Positions 43,381 through 54,836 of a stretch of 64,000 bases of DNA are shown here, one piece after another. Source of the stretch: Alphaproteobacteria bacterium (GTDB taxonomy: Bacteria > Pseudomonadota > Alphaproteobacteria > UBA828); the NCBI GenBank assembly GCA_963422645.2, contig CAXXVO010000008.1:608001-672000 (forward strand), given 5' to 3'. Every line of letters starts with the position of its first letter. Position 1 is the first letter of the stretch. Both the position numbers and the translations under genes were made by a program. Below the pieces are notes generated by a model, which was given only the letters and a program-made list of their open reading frames with translations, was not told where the DNA came from and made no database searches.

Positions 43381-45810
43381 TTGAAGCGCAAGGACCCCGA
43401 TAAAGACGAAGCCGCGGAGATTCGCGAGCGTCTCGCACGGCTCGCGGCCGAAAGGGCGAAGCTTGAGGAGCGGCTTGCCAAGATCGAGGTCAGGAGCCCT
43501 GCCCCACCGGACGGCAACACGCCCGGGTGGCGAGTGACCGAACGTTCGCCGGCGAGCCGGAAGATCGCGCTGTTCCGGTCGCTCTTTCGCGGACGCGACG
43601 ACGTGTTCCCCAGGCGCTGGGAGAACGCCCGGACCGGAAAGTCGGGCTATGCGCCCGTCTGTGGCAACGAGTGGAAGCCGCGCGTGTGCGGCAAGCCCAG
43701 GATCCGGTGCGGCGCCTGTCCCACTCAGGCCTTCCTTCCGATGACTGACGAGGTGATCGACGGGCATCTGCGCGGCCGCCACACGATCGGCGTCTATCCC
43801 ATGCTGCCGGAAGGCAGCTGCCGGTTTCTCGCCGCCGATTTCGACAAGGAGACATGGCAGTCGGATGCGGGCGCTTTCCTTGCTGCCTGCCGGTCGAAGC
43901 GCGTGCCCGCGGCGTTGGAACGCTCGCGTTCGGGGAATGGCGGCCATGTCTGGATGTTCTTCGCTGAGCCGGTGCCCGCGGCGCTCGCCCGGCGCCTCGG
44001 CGCTCATCTGCTGACCGAGGCAATGGAGAGCAACCCAGACATCGGCTTCCAGTCCTACGACCGGTTCTTTCCGAGCCAGGACACGCTGCCCGACGGGGGG
44101 TTCGGCAACCTCATCGCACTGCCCTTGCAGGGCGGTCCGCGCGAGCGGGGTAACAGCCTGTTCCTCGACGACGGATTCGCGCCGCATCCCGATCAGTGGA
44201 CGTTTCTGTCTTCGCTCCGCCGCATGACGCTGGCGGAGGCCACCGCAATCGCCGACGAAGCCAGCCGGCAGGGCCGGGTTGTCGGGCTGCGCCTGCCACA
44301 GGATGAGGAGGACAAGGAGCCCTGGACCGCACCGCCCTCGCGGCGCCGGCCGAAGCCCACGATCGCCGGTTCGCTGCCCGAACGGATCGACACGGTCCTG
44401 GGGGACCAGCTCTACGTTCCGCGTGCCGGATTGCCGCCGGGGCTGGTCAACCGGATCGTCCGCCTCGCGGCGTTCCAGAACCCGGAGTTCTATCGGGCGC
44501 AGGCGATGCGGCGTTCGACCTTCGACATTCCCCGCATCGTGGCCTGCGCCGAACTCCTGTCCCACCACATCGCGCTGCCGCGCGGCTGCTACCCGGTACT
44601 GGAGCAATTGCTCGACGATCTCGGTATCGGCGTTCGCCTGCGCGACGAACGCAACTCCGGCCGCGCCGTCGAGACAGCCTTTCTCGGCGAGTTGACCGCG
44701 GAGCAGAACGCAGCCTCCGAGGCGCTTCTCGCGCACGAGACCGGCGTGCTGGCGGCGGCAACCGGGTTCGGCAAGACGGTGATCGCCGCATCCGTCATCG
44801 CCGCCCGCGGCGTCAATACGCTCGTCCTGGTTCATCGGCGCCAACTCATGGATCAATGGATCGCCAGGCTCGGCGCGTTCCTCGATCTTCCGAAATCCGC
44901 CATCGGGCAGATCGGGGGCGGCAAGCACAAGCCGGGCGGCATCGTTGATGTCGGCATGCTGCAGAGCCTCGTGCGCGACAACGAGGTGGATGATATCGTC
45001 GCCGATTACGGACATCTCGTGATCGACGAGTGCCACCACCTCTCCGCCGTCAGCTTCGAGGCGGTGGCGCGCCGCGCGAAGGCCCGGTACGTGCTGGGGT
45101 TGTCGGCGACAGTCACCCGCCGGGACGGCCACCATCCGATCGTCTTCATGCAGTGCGGCCCAGTCCGGTTCCGGGTGAGCGCGAAGGCGGAAGCCTGCCG
45201 CCGTCCTTTCAGGCACCGGGCGCTCCTGCGGCCGACCTCGTTCCGGCTGCCCGAAGGCATCGACGGGGAGCGTCCGCCGATCCAACAGGTGTACGCCGCT
45301 CTGGCAGAGGACGAAGATCGCAACGCGCTGATCTTCGACGATGTGCTGACGGCGCTCGAGGCGGGGCGCTCGCCGATCCTGCTCACCGAACGCAAGGACC
45401 ATGCCGGCCGCCTCGCCCAGAGCCTCGGACGCTTCGCGCGCAACGTGCTGGTTCTCCGTGGAGGTATGGGGGCGAAACAGCGCCGCGAGATCATGCAGCG
45501 TCTCGAGGACATTCCCGATCATGAGGAACGGGTTCTGGTGGCGACCGGGCGCTATGTCGGGGAAGGGTTCGACGACGCCCGCCTCGACACGCTGTTCCTG
45601 ATGATGCCGGTCTCGTGGAAGGGAACGCTCGCCCAGTATGTCGGACGGCTTCACCGGCTACACCCGGTGAAGCGCGAGGTGCTGGTCTACGACTATGTCG
45701 ACGACGCCGTGCCGGCGCTTCGGCGCATGGGCGGAAAGCGGATCCGGGGTTACGAGAGTCTCGGTTACAGAGTAGAGAGGCCCGGCACCCTTACTCACGC
45801 CGGAACGTGA
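43381..45810 (+). CDS. AEP-primase-like (TOTE-type) domain fused to a ResIII-like SF2 helicase
   Basis: LFRGRDDVF, AADFD, ERSRSGNGGHVW, GNLIALPL; ATGFGKT, DECHH, SAT, QYVGRLHR. Confidence 0.85.
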   Translation: MKRKDPDKDEAAEIRERLARLAAERAKLEERLAKIEVRSPAPPDGNTPGWRVTERSPASRKIALFRSLFRGRDDVFPRRWENARTGKSGYAPVCGNEWKPRVCGKPRIRCGACPTQAFLPMTDEVIDGHLRGRHTIGVYPMLPEGSCRFLAADFDKETWQSDAGAFLAACRSKRVPAALERSRSGNGGHVWMFFAEPVPAALARRLGAHLLTEAMESNPDIGFQSYDRFFPSQDTLPDGGFGNLIALPLQGGPRERGNSLFLDDGFAPHPDQWTFLSSLRRMTLAEATAIADEASRQGRVVGLRLPQDEEDKEPWTAPPSRRRPKPTIAGSLPERIDTVLGDQLYVPRAGLPPGLVNRIVRLAAFQNPEFYRAQAMRRSTFDIPRIVACAELLSHHIALPRGCYPVLEQLLDDLGIGVRLRDERNSGRAVETAFLGELTAEQNAASEALLAHETGVLAAATGFGKTVIAASVIAARGVNTLVLVHRRQLMDQWIARLGAFLDLPKSAIGQIGGGKHKPGGIVDVGMLQSLVRDNEVDDIVADYGHLVIDECHHLSAVSFEAVARRAKARYVLGLSATVTRRDGHHPIVFMQCGPVRFRVSAKAEACRRPFRHRALLRPTSFRLPEGIDGERPPIQQVYAALAEDEDRNALIFDDVLTALEAGRSPILLTERKDHAGRLAQSLGRFARNVLVLRGGMGAKQRREIMQRLEDIPDHEERVLVATGRYVGEGFDDARLDTLFLMMPVSWKGTLAQYVGRLHRLHPVKREVLVYDYVDDAVPALRRMGGKRIRGYESLGYRVERPGTLTHAGT

Positions 45811-45877
45811 GATTGTACACGCGGAAGGTGCATGGCGACCACGCCGGTGTCACTGCGGTGGGTATCTCGGATCGTAC

Positions 45878-46164
45878 CGTGCCTATCCGGTTGTCTCCCA
45901 CATCCACCATATGTAGGGTGCGACGGGGGTGCCTCGGGAGGCGGGCGACGCGGGGATGGACGTACTGGAACGCAAAACTCTCTCGTTTCCGCGATCGCTT
46001 CCGGAGTTCCAGCGACTTTTCCCGGACGACACGGCCTGCGCCGCCTATCTGGAGAGGGCGCGGTGGGGTGACGGGTTCGTCTGCCCCCACCTACGCCCAA
46101 CTCTATGCGGGCGATTGGCAGCACCCTACATATGGTGGATGTGGGAGATAACCGGATAGGCACG
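45878..46164 (+). mobile_element. 287-bp IS1595-derived MITE
   Basis: 44-bp IR with one mismatch; 8-bp TSD GATCGTAC (45870-45877, 46165-46172); transposase N-terminus FPRSLPEFQRLF...FVCPH joined to C-terminal PTYAQLY. Confidence 0.92.
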
Positions 46165-46386
46165 GATCGTACGTCTCACCCTTCCGCTCGGATGGTCCGC
46201 GTAAGATTGTCGCGTAGTGTCAAAGGACCGATCCGGTCTGGTGGTTTGCGATGGTCGATGACGAGGAGCTCAGTAACCATCCGGCATAGGCCGCCTGTTC
46301 TGATGGCGAGAGATTGGGCAGGCTGAGCGATCGGGTAGTGGGCACTTCGGAAGTGTCCACTTACGGCTAAGTGGACACGATCGCTG

Positions 46387-46815
46387 ATGTCGGATGTTGA
46401 GGAGAAGTCGGGCGCGGAGAGGGGCGGGGTGGTTCGTCGCCGGCGCCGTCGGTGGAGCGAGGCGCAGAAGCGGCAGATCGTGGCGGAGACCCACGAGCCT
46501 GGTGTTTCGGTGCCGATGGTCGCCCAGCGCTACAACGTCAACGCCAATCAGGTGTTTGCATGGCGGCGGCTGTTTCGCGAGCCGGCGCGCGATACCGGGA
46601 TCGACGGGTTCGTGCCTGTGGTCGTCGGAACAGCGCCAGGTCACGAGGTGGGTGCGGCGACGATGCACCCGCCCTCCGACGATCCTGTAGCGGCGGGTCC
46701 GCCGGCGACGGGCCGGATGGAGATCGTGCTGGCGGGTGGCCGCCGGGTAATCGTCGACCGGGCGGTCGATGGCTCGGCGCTGGCGCGGGTACTTGCGGTC
46801 CTGGAGCAGCGATGA
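46387..46815 (+). CDS. tnpA: IS66 accessory protein TnpA
   Basis: RRRWSEAQK...VNANQVFAWR HTH. Confidence 0.9.
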   Translation: MSDVEEKSGAERGGVVRRRRRRWSEAQKRQIVAETHEPGVSVPMVAQRYNVNANQVFAWRRLFREPARDTGIDGFVPVVVGTAPGHEVGAATMHPPSDDPVAAGPPATGRMEIVLAGGRRVIVDRAVDGSALARVLAVLEQR

Positions 46816-47159
46816 TCCCTGTTCCGAGCGGCGTGCGGGTCTGGCTTGCGAGCGGTGTGACGGACATGCGACGCGGCATGAACACGCTGGCGCTTCAGGT
46901 TCAGCAGGATCTCGGGCGCGATCCCCACGCGGGCGATCTTTCCGTCTTTCGAGGACGTAGAGGCGACCTGATCAAGATCCTCTGGCACGACGGTCTCGGC
47001 ACCTCGCTCTACGCCAAGCGTCTGGAGCGGGGCCGCTTCCTGTGGCCGTCGTCGGCGTACGGGGCTGTGTCGGTCACTGCGGCGCAGTTCGGCTACCTGC
47101 TCGAAGGCATCGACTGGCGCAACCCGGTTCGGACCTGGCGGCCGTCCCGGGCCGGTTGA
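46812..47159 (+). CDS. tnpB: IS66 accessory protein TnpB (Orf2)
   Basis: TDMRRG, KILWHDG, KRLERGRF. Confidence 0.92.
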   Translation: MIPVPSGVRVWLASGVTDMRRGMNTLALQVQQDLGRDPHAGDLSVFRGRRGDLIKILWHDGLGTSLYAKRLERGRFLWPSSAYGAVSVTAAQFGYLLEGIDWRNPVRTWRPSRAG

Positions 47160-47238
47160 GCTGCGCCAAACGGTGGCCTGGGCGGCTTGGCCCAGCCAGG
47201 AATTGCCGGGAGACGGCGGATGTGATTCGCTTCCGGCC

Positions 47239-48827
47239 ATGACCGCCACCGATTCGCACGACACTGGAGCGCTCAAGGCGGCGCTCGCGGCATCCGAGGC
47301 CCGAGCGGCGGCGGCTGAAGCGCAGATCGCCGCGCTGACGCTGATATGATCGAGAAGCTCCGTCGCGCGCTCTACGGGCGGCGGTCTGAGCGCAGTGAGC
47401 GCCTGCTCGGCCAGCTGGAACTCGCCCTCGACGAACTCACGGCGAGCGCGACAGAGGACGAGCTGGCGGCTGAGAAGGCGGCGGCCGCGAGCACCGAGGT
47501 CAAGGGGTTCATCCGCCGCAAGCCGTCGCGCAAGCCGTTCCCCGACCACCTTCCGCGCGAGCGTGTGGTGGTGCCGGCGCCCACGGCCTGTGAGTGCTGC
47601 GGATCGGACAGACTGTCGAAGGTCGGCGAGGATGTGACGGAGACGCTGGAGGTGATCCCCCGCCAGTGGAAGGTCGTCCAGACGGTGCGCGAGAAGTTCA
47701 CCTGCCGGAGCTGCGAGAAGATCTCGCAACCGCCGGCACCGTTCCACGTGGTGCCGCGCGGCTGGGCGGGCCCGAACCTGCTGGCCATGATCCTGTTCGA
47801 GAAGTACGGGCAGCACCAGCCGCTCAACCGTCAGAGGGATCGCTACGCGAGAGAGGGCGTCGATCTCAGCCTGTCGACGCTGGCCGACCAGGTGGGAGCC
47901 TGCACGGTGGCTCTGAGGCCGCTGCACGACCTGATTGCGGCCCACGTGCTGGCGGCTTCGCGTCTGCACGGCGACGACACGACCGTGCCGGTGCTGGCCA
48001 AGAGCAAGACCGACACCGCGCGGGCCTGGGTCTATGTGCGCGACGACGCGCCGTTCGCCGGTCCGGACCCGCCGGCGGCGCTGTTCCGCCACGCGCGGGA
48101 TCGTTCCGGCGATCACCCGGTCGAGCAGTTGCGGACCTTCACCGGGATCCTGCAGGCCGACGCCTATGCCGGATACAGGCGGCTATACGAGCCGGGCCGA
48201 TCGCCGGGGCCCGTGACCGAGGCGCTCTGTTGGGCGCACGGCAGGCGCAAGTTCTACGAGCTCGCCGACATCGCGGCGAACAAGAGGCGCGGCAAGCGCG
48301 CGCCGCCGATCTCGCCGCTTGCGCTGGAGGCTGTGAAGCGGATCGACGCGCTGTTCGATATCGAGCGCGAGATCAACGGCGAGACTGCCGAGCGGCGCCT
48401 CGCGGTGCGCCGCGAGCGGAGCGTGCCGCTCGTCGCGGAGCTCGAGGACTGGATGCGGACCGAGCGTGCCGCGCTCTCGCGCCACGCCTCCGTGGCCAAG
48501 GCGATGGATTACATGCTCAAGCGCTGGGACGGCTTCGCCCGCTTCCTCGACGACGGCCGCATCTGCCTGACCAACAACGCCGCCGAGCGGGCACTACGGC
48601 CCCTGTGCCTCGGAAGACGTTCCTGGCTCTTCGCCGGGTCCGATCGAGGCGGCGTGCGGGCCGCAGCCATGTACACCCTCATCGGCACCGCCAAGTTGAA
48701 CGACATCGACCCTCAGGCGTGGCTCGCCGACGTCCTCGACCGGATCGCCGACCTGCCGCAGACCCGGCTGCACGAAATCCTGCCCTGGAACTGGGAGGGC
48801 GAACAGCAGCAGGCCCTGGCGGCATAA
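47239..48827 (+). pseudogene. tnpC: IS66 transposase TnpC with a +2 frameshift near 47345
   Basis: CTGATATGATC breaks the leucine-zipper N-terminus; HGDDT, QADAY, NNAAER intact. Confidence 0.88.
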
Positions 48828-49486
48828 GCCGCATTCTCCACCGCGCCGTTCATGGCTGAGCCCCCCGATCCAGTCGGGTCAAGACCAATACGTCGCGGTC
48901 CTCGCCGGATGAATACGGAGCTCAGGGCGAAACTCGCCAAGGTAGAGGCGCTGTTCCGGGGGGCCGGCAGTCCGGGGGAGAGGGCCGCCGCCGCCGCGAT
49001 GGGCCGGCTGCAAGGCCGCCTGGGCGAATCGGACAGGCATCGCGAGCCTGAAGTCGAACTGAAGTTCTCGCTACCCGATATGTGGTCGGTGAGGCTGTTC
49101 ATCGCGTTCTGCCGCAAGCACGGCGTGCGTCCGTACCGGTATGCGAGCCAACGGCGGACGACGGTCATGGTGCGCGCCCGCGAGTAGGAATTCGACCGGG
49201 TGGTCTGGTTCGAGTTCAGCATGCTGCACACAGAGCTTGAGAGCTACTTCGAGGACGTTACCGATCATCTGATCTCGCGCGCCATGTGCTCTGACGGCGA
49301 CGACAGCGCCCTCGACCTTCGGCAGTTGCCAGGCTAGATGGAGGTCCCATGAAGCAAACTCTGGTTTGCGCGCCGTGCAATCTGCTCAGTTGTTGTTACG
49401 GTGCCAATCGGCGTCGCACCGTCGGACCGAACGACAGTCAGGGCTACAATCCCAATCGCTAGGAGCGGGAGGGTTAGGGTAGAGGT

Positions 49487-50033
49487 GTTGCGGCTCGGCA
49501 TACTTATCATCGGCTCGTTGTACTGGGACTGCTCACCTCATCGAACCAGATGGCGGCAGCGACATCTTGATTGCGACAGTCGACGACGTGTCAAGGCTCC
49601 TATCCGTTATGGGCGTCAATCCGCGACTCGTGGTAACACGTACACGATGGTTCTCTCGCCGGGTTTGGGCAAGGAGAATTTTGGCACCGCGATTGCGATA
49701 CCCTGCAGGTCCCAAGACCTGGTAAGGGAGGCCGAGTGCCTCTGGACTGCCGAACGTAGCCCCGGAAGCAGCCCGAATAGACGTATCTCGGCCAATTGGG
49801 GATGTGTTGCGCTTGTCCATAATCCCGAGAGCCGTTTTGCGGAGGAGATTCGGCATCGTTGGAGTGAACGGGTGTCTCTGGAAACAGGCTACCAACACAT
49901 AACTGGGGACGCTGACGAAGGAATCGTGGTTGACGGATCAGGCTTCCTGAACATTGCTTGGCCAATCACAACGGCATCTTCGCCTCTTGATTCGGATGCG
50001 TTGCTTGTTACCGTGACATCTCTGGCGGGCTGA
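49487..50033 (+). CDS. Hypothetical protein, probably truncated
   Basis: Lower-GC ORF with GILIIGSLYWD...PIRYGRQS...TYTMV. Confidence 0.5.
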
Positions 50034-50241
50034 ACGACAACCGGAATACACCTTAGCTCAGCCGCCAGGCTGTCCGACGAACCGAGGCCACCTCAAGGTA
50101 TTTTGAGCTCTAGAGAGCCGCTTGCAAAATTCCGCATTTGAGCGGATTTCTGCCGCCGCACAGGGCAGATTTTAGTGGAAATTGGGACCGCTCTCATGGT
50201 CCTGTCGGGTTCTGGACAACCTGGGCAGGGAGAGCGGCCCC

Positions 50242-51375
50242 ATGTCGCTGGGACAGACACTATTCAGATTCTGGCACGCCGTTCAAGCTGATCTTTTCCC
50301 CTGGCTTGAGGAGGAACTCGGGCCGCTGGGCGAGAGGTATCGGCGTCTCATCACCGTGCTTGAGTTGACGCGGGTCGAGAGCTTCATTCCTCACTTCCAT
50401 GGCCTGCCCGGCCGGCCGATCGAGGACCGGGCTGCGCTGGCCTGCGCCTTCATCGCCAAGGCTGTGTTCGACATTCCGACGACGCGCGCCCTGATCGAGC
50501 GCCTTGAGAACGACAAGACGCTACGCCGTCTGTGCGGCTGGACCTATGCCGCAGAGATCCCGAGCGAGGCGACCTTCTCGCGGGCGTTTGCAGAGTTCTC
50601 CGAGAGTGCGTTGCCCGCTCGCGTGCACGAGGCGCTGATCGAGAAGACCATGGGGGAGCATCTGGTCGGGCACATCTCGCGCGACGCAACCGCGATCGAG
50701 GCGCGCGAGAAGCCTCAGCCCAAGCCCAAGGCGGAGAAGCCGAAGCGCAAGCGCGGCCGCCCGCGCAAGGGCGAGGAGCGGCCCAGGGAGCGCCGCCGGG
50801 TGCAGCGCCAGCTCAAGATGACCCTGCCGCAGATGCTCGACGATCTGCCCAAGGCCTGCGATGTCGGCACCAAGCGCAACGCCAAGGGCCATACCGTCTC
50901 CTGGATCGGATACAAGCTGCACATCGACGCCGCCGACGGCGGCATCCCGATCAGCTGCATCCTCACCTCCGCCTCGCTGCACGACAGCCAAGTCGCGATC
51001 CCGCTGGCGACCATGACCGCCGAACGCGTGACCAACCTCTACGATCTCATGGACGCAGCCTACGACACGCCCGAGATCGGCTGGCACAGCTACCTCCTCG
51101 GCCATGTCCCGATCATCGACATCAATCCCCGCGACAAGGACTTCAAGGAGGAACTGGCGCAGGAAGCCAAGGCGCAAAGCCGCTTACGCCATGGCCACCC
51201 GGCGGACGAGCGTTACAACGAGCGCTCGAACGTCGAGCGCGTCAACGCCGGGCTCAAGGACAACTGCGGTGGTGGCCGCCATGTCCGCGTGCGCGGCCAC
51301 GCCAAGGTCTATTGCCATGCGATGTTCGGCATTCTGGTCCTGACCGTCGATCAGTTGATGCGCCTGCTGACCTGA
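50242..51375 (+). CDS. DDE transposase (DUF772 + DDE_Tnp_1-like)
   Basis: PSEATFSR, SRDATAI, GYKLH, MDAAYD, YNERSNVER. Confidence 0.9.
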   Translation: MSLGQTLFRFWHAVQADLFPWLEEELGPLGERYRRLITVLELTRVESFIPHFHGLPGRPIEDRAALACAFIAKAVFDIPTTRALIERLENDKTLRRLCGWTYAAEIPSEATFSRAFAEFSESALPARVHEALIEKTMGEHLVGHISRDATAIEAREKPQPKPKAEKPKRKRGRPRKGEERPRERRRVQRQLKMTLPQMLDDLPKACDVGTKRNAKGHTVSWIGYKLHIDAADGGIPISCILTSASLHDSQVAIPLATMTAERVTNLYDLMDAAYDTPEIGWHSYLLGHVPIIDINPRDKDFKEELAQEAKAQSRLRHGHPADERYNERSNVERVNAGLKDNCGGGRHVRVRGHAKVYCHAMFGILVLTVDQLMRLLT

Positions 51376-53129
51376 ACGCCGCCTCCGGTTCCGATCCCTG
51401 CCATGGCGCATGCCTCCCGCGACGGGGGCGGGGAAAGCCGCGTCCGAACCGCGACGGGCGGGCTCGGAAAGTGCTCGAAACGGCCCTGCTTCCCGGAAAG
51501 AGGCTTATCCCTTTGCTTCCGGTTCGTCTAGACGCCTTGAGCGTCATTGATCTTCTCGTTTGAGCCGAGTTTCAGGCGGCAAGTTGTTGCCCCTTCCACA
51601 GGCGGTCGATTTGATCGTCGAAGCGCTTGACGAGGCGCCCGAGTGCGGGCGGTGCGTTGTCGTCGAAGACCGCCGAGAGTGCCGGGCCGAGGACGCGGCG
51701 CTGGCTGCGGCAGTAGCACAGTGCCACGCGCTGTCCGGCCTCGGTGACGCGGTAGCGGTGCGAGCGGGGGAGGCGTTCGATCAGCCCCCGCAGGCGAAGC
51801 CGCCGCAGGTCATAGCTGGCACGAGCGGAACCATAGGCCTCGGCGTCTACGCCGAGCAGCGGCGCAACATGCTGGCGCAGGTCGCGGTTGGCGAAGCCCA
51901 TGGGCAGAAGCCGGAAGATGAGCAGGGCGGCCAGCAACACCTGCACCCGAGGGTCGCCGAAGCGAAGCGCCGCCACGCGACGGTCATCGATCTCGACGGG
52001 GCGGTGCAACTGCTCGAAGGTCTCCGCTCCCAGCGGGCAATCATGGCTGAGCCGTTGGACGCCCAACAGGCGTCGATTGGCGGCGAAGCCGACCTGCTTC
52101 AGGTCATCGAGGTTGCTCAGCCGTCTGCCGATAGCGAAGTCGTAGGTGTCGTTGATCACGGTCTCGGTGCGAAGCGCACGGCCGCCCTTGTAGTACTGCT
52201 TGATACGCGAGTGCTTGTAGTCCACGTGCAGCGACGGGATGACCCCGTCGGTGATGACGCGGGTGCGATACCGCGAGGGCGTGCGCCTGCTGACGCGACG
52301 ATCGAAGTTCAACTGCACATGGTCGGGGCGGCCCAGGTCGAGGTTCTCGCGCATCACCTCCTCGAAAAGCACGCGGCCCTGGGCCGGGCGATCGAAGACA
52401 TGGGTCAAAGCAAACTCCGCTTGCAAGATCGAGACCTCGTAGCGGATGTGCGCCGCCCGGTCGGCGGCGGTGAACGGATGAGGCAAGCGCGCCAGCCACT
52501 TGCGCAGCAAAGCCTCGATACGGGGCGCGCTCACCTCCCGGGCGATGGCCTGCATCGCCTCGGCGTCGTCGCAGCGCACGATGCCGTTGTCGAGCGCCTC
52601 GAAGCCGATGCCGCGCTTCGTCAGTTGGCGCTTCACATACTCATGCCCGTTCACGCAGAGCTTCGCGTTGTACGGAAAGTACGAGCAGAACTTCACAAAG
52701 AGCGGGCCGAAGTCGTCGTCGACCAGATAGACGTAGTACTGGTTGACCATCGCGGTGCTCGCGACCAGCCACGGGTAGGGAGTGAACCGGTGTGCGCGTC
52801 GTGACGGCGCTCGGTGCGCACCACCCGGGCGCGTTCCTGCGCCTTGCCGATGTAGAGCACGCCCTCCCCGCCGCGCCGCTTGAGCAGATACTGCTGTGTG
52901 CGCTCATCCTTGCGCTCGCCGCGCTCGAAGCGGATCAGATCCAGCCCCTCACTTTCGGCGTAGCGTTCCAGCGCGCCGACGAAGTGCCGCGTCATCGGCG
53001 CCATCAATGCCGATGACGGTACCGGATGGCCGCGCACCTCGCGGAAGAAGTGCGCCGCGCCCGCCGGACTCTGCAGCAGCGGCACGTAGACGTTGAGATA
53101 GAGCCGGTCAATGCATTCAAGCTCCAGCG

Positions 53130-54836
53130 TCCTCATTCCCCGAGTAAGGCGCTGGTGGGCAGGCTCGGGTGGCCTTTGGTGATGGATTTTCTAGATTTGA
53201 GGTTTGGGCGCGGTCGGTCGGCCGTGTTGGCCGCCTCGGACCGGGCTTGGCGGGGGCGATGGGCGTGGTGTCGCCGTGGACGGGCCAAGCATGGCGGTTC
53301 GCGGGTCGGCCGCGGCGTTGGCAGCCTGGGCGGAGCGGCCTCAGGCCAAGAGCGGCGGTGGGCGGGTGTGGATGCGCACCCGGTAGCGGTCCAACGCAGT
53401 GCGCGCGAAGCCCGATGCGAAGCGCAAGACCCTCTCGCGCGCATGGCAGATCAGCCGGGCCAGGGTGTTGAGCACAAGAAAACGCAGCCGCTTGGGCCGG
53501 ATGCGATGCAGCTCCTCGGGCAGGCCGAGGCGCTTGAACGCAGACAGCAGGTTGTAGAGCATCACGTTGAGGCGGAACCACGCCGCATTGGCACCGAACT
53601 TCTGGCTCGGCAGCGCCGCCGCCGCGAGCTCGTTGGCGAGCACGTCATGGGTATGCTCGACCGTGCCCGCCTTGCCGCGATGCCAGCGCAACAGATCGCC
53701 CGCGTCGCCGCCTTCCGGGTCGTCGCGGTTGGTGACGACACAGAAGTGCTTGACCGCCTCGCCGTCGGCGAACAGCGATCCCTGCCTGCGGCTGATGCGG
53801 ATGGCGATATAGCGAAGCCTGCGCACCACGCCATCCGGCTGATCGATCGCGCCGTCGGGCAGATAGTCGAGCACCGCCCAGTGGCGAAGCACGCCTTCGT
53901 CCTCGCGCTCCAAGTGCCAGGACGCCTCGGCCAGCCCCCGCATCCGCCGCAGCAGCCCAGGGCTCACCGGCACCGAGATCGCAAACCCCACCTTCCTCTG
54001 ATCCAGGTACACCATCAGAGAATGGTCGTAGAGCGCGCTGTCGGCGCGCAGAAAGACCCGCTCCACACCCTCAGGCAACGCTGCCAGCGCACGCTCGATC
54101 ACACGACGGTTGCCGCTCTGCGCAGAGACGTTGCCGGCGCGGAACTCGTCGGCCACGATCGCATCCTGCTCCGCCCACAGCGCAACCACCGGCTGATAGC
54201 CCCGCCTGCCGTCGTAGCAGGGCGCAGCAGCCCGCTTGGACGAGGCCAGGATGGTGGCGTCGAGGTCGATCGTCGCCACTCTCTGCGGCGCACGCGCCTG
54301 AAGGTCCGCAACCACCGCCGCCGACGCCCGCGAAAGCGCACGCAGGCCCAGACCCTCCTCCCGCACCGCAGAGCGCCCGCCGCCCAGAAGCGGCAGGTCC
54401 GGCTCGTCAAACGTGGCCAGAAAATCCCGCGCCGTCTGTGCCGCAGGCAGCCCATGGCCCAGAAGAAGCCCAAGCCCGTCCTGGCCGCGTAGACGATCCA
54501 AGTCTTCGCACGGCTCACCCCCGCAGGCCCACAACGCCAACAGGCTCTCGCACATCTCAGACGCCGACAGGCCACGCTTGCGCCGCTTGTACGGAACCGA
54601 CCCGTCCACCACCACCGCCGCGCCAGAGCTGCGAAAGTGCTCAATCAGCGCAGGCACACCTCCGTGCGACGTCACCGCACCAAGACCGACCTCGTGATCC
54701 AACTCAAAATCCAGACGAGATCCCGACACCGAACCCCCCCCAACTCTCACCCACAAGGTGAAACCCTCAAACCCCATAACCCGCCAAATGCAAAGGTCAA
54801 TACCTCAACACCAAAATCAATCCCGGGGAATGAGGA
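53130..54836 (-). mobile_element. IS1380-family element
   Basis: 13-bp perfect IR TCCTCATTCCCCG; TSD AGCG. Confidence 0.92.
53341..54777 (-). CDS. IS1380 transposase (start uncertain)
   Basis: TSHGG, IDLDAT, GYQP, FRAGN, RADSA, FGANAAW. Confidence 0.9.
   Translation of the reverse strand: MGFEGFTLWVRVGGGSVSGSRLDFELDHEVGLGAVTSHGGVPALIEHFRSSGAAVVVDGSVPYKRRKRGLSASEMCESLLALWACGGEPCEDLDRLRGQDGLGLLLGHGLPAAQTARDFLATFDEPDLPLLGGGRSAVREEGLGLRALSRASAAVVADLQARAPQRVATIDLDATILASSKRAAAPCYDGRRGYQPVVALWAEQDAIVADEFRAGNVSAQSGNRRVIERALAALPEGVERVFLRADSALYDHSLMVYLDQRKVGFAISVPVSPGLLRRMRGLAEASWHLEREDEGVLRHWAVLDYLPDGAIDQPDGVVRRLRYIAIRISRRQGSLFADGEAVKHFCVVTNRDDPEGGDAGDLLRWHRGKAGTVEHTHDVLANELAAAALPSQKFGANAAWFRLNVMLYNLLSAFKRLGLPEELHRIRPKRLRFLVLNTLARLICHARERVLRFASGFARTALDRYRVRIHTRPPPLLA

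Larger units (their letters stand above)
46273..48916 (+). mobile_element. IS66-family element, complete
   Basis: Ends GTAACCATCCGGC / GCCGGATGAATAC; 8-bp TSD GGAGCTCA. Confidence 0.95.
46251..49337 (+). pseudogene. Small hypothetical gene split by IS66, with an internal TAG at 49185
   Basis: Removing IS66 gives MVDDEELRAKLAKVEALF...PYRY...RRTTVMVR*EFD... Confidence 0.7.

Noticed and set aside
46812-47159. RNA-guided TnpB nuclease
   Set aside because: This is the 115-aa IS66 accessory protein that shares the name; it has no RuvC or Zn-finger
50020-50070. Integron attC site
   Set aside because: No convincing RYYYAAC/GTTRRRY pair, no repeated array, and the integrase is not IntI-like
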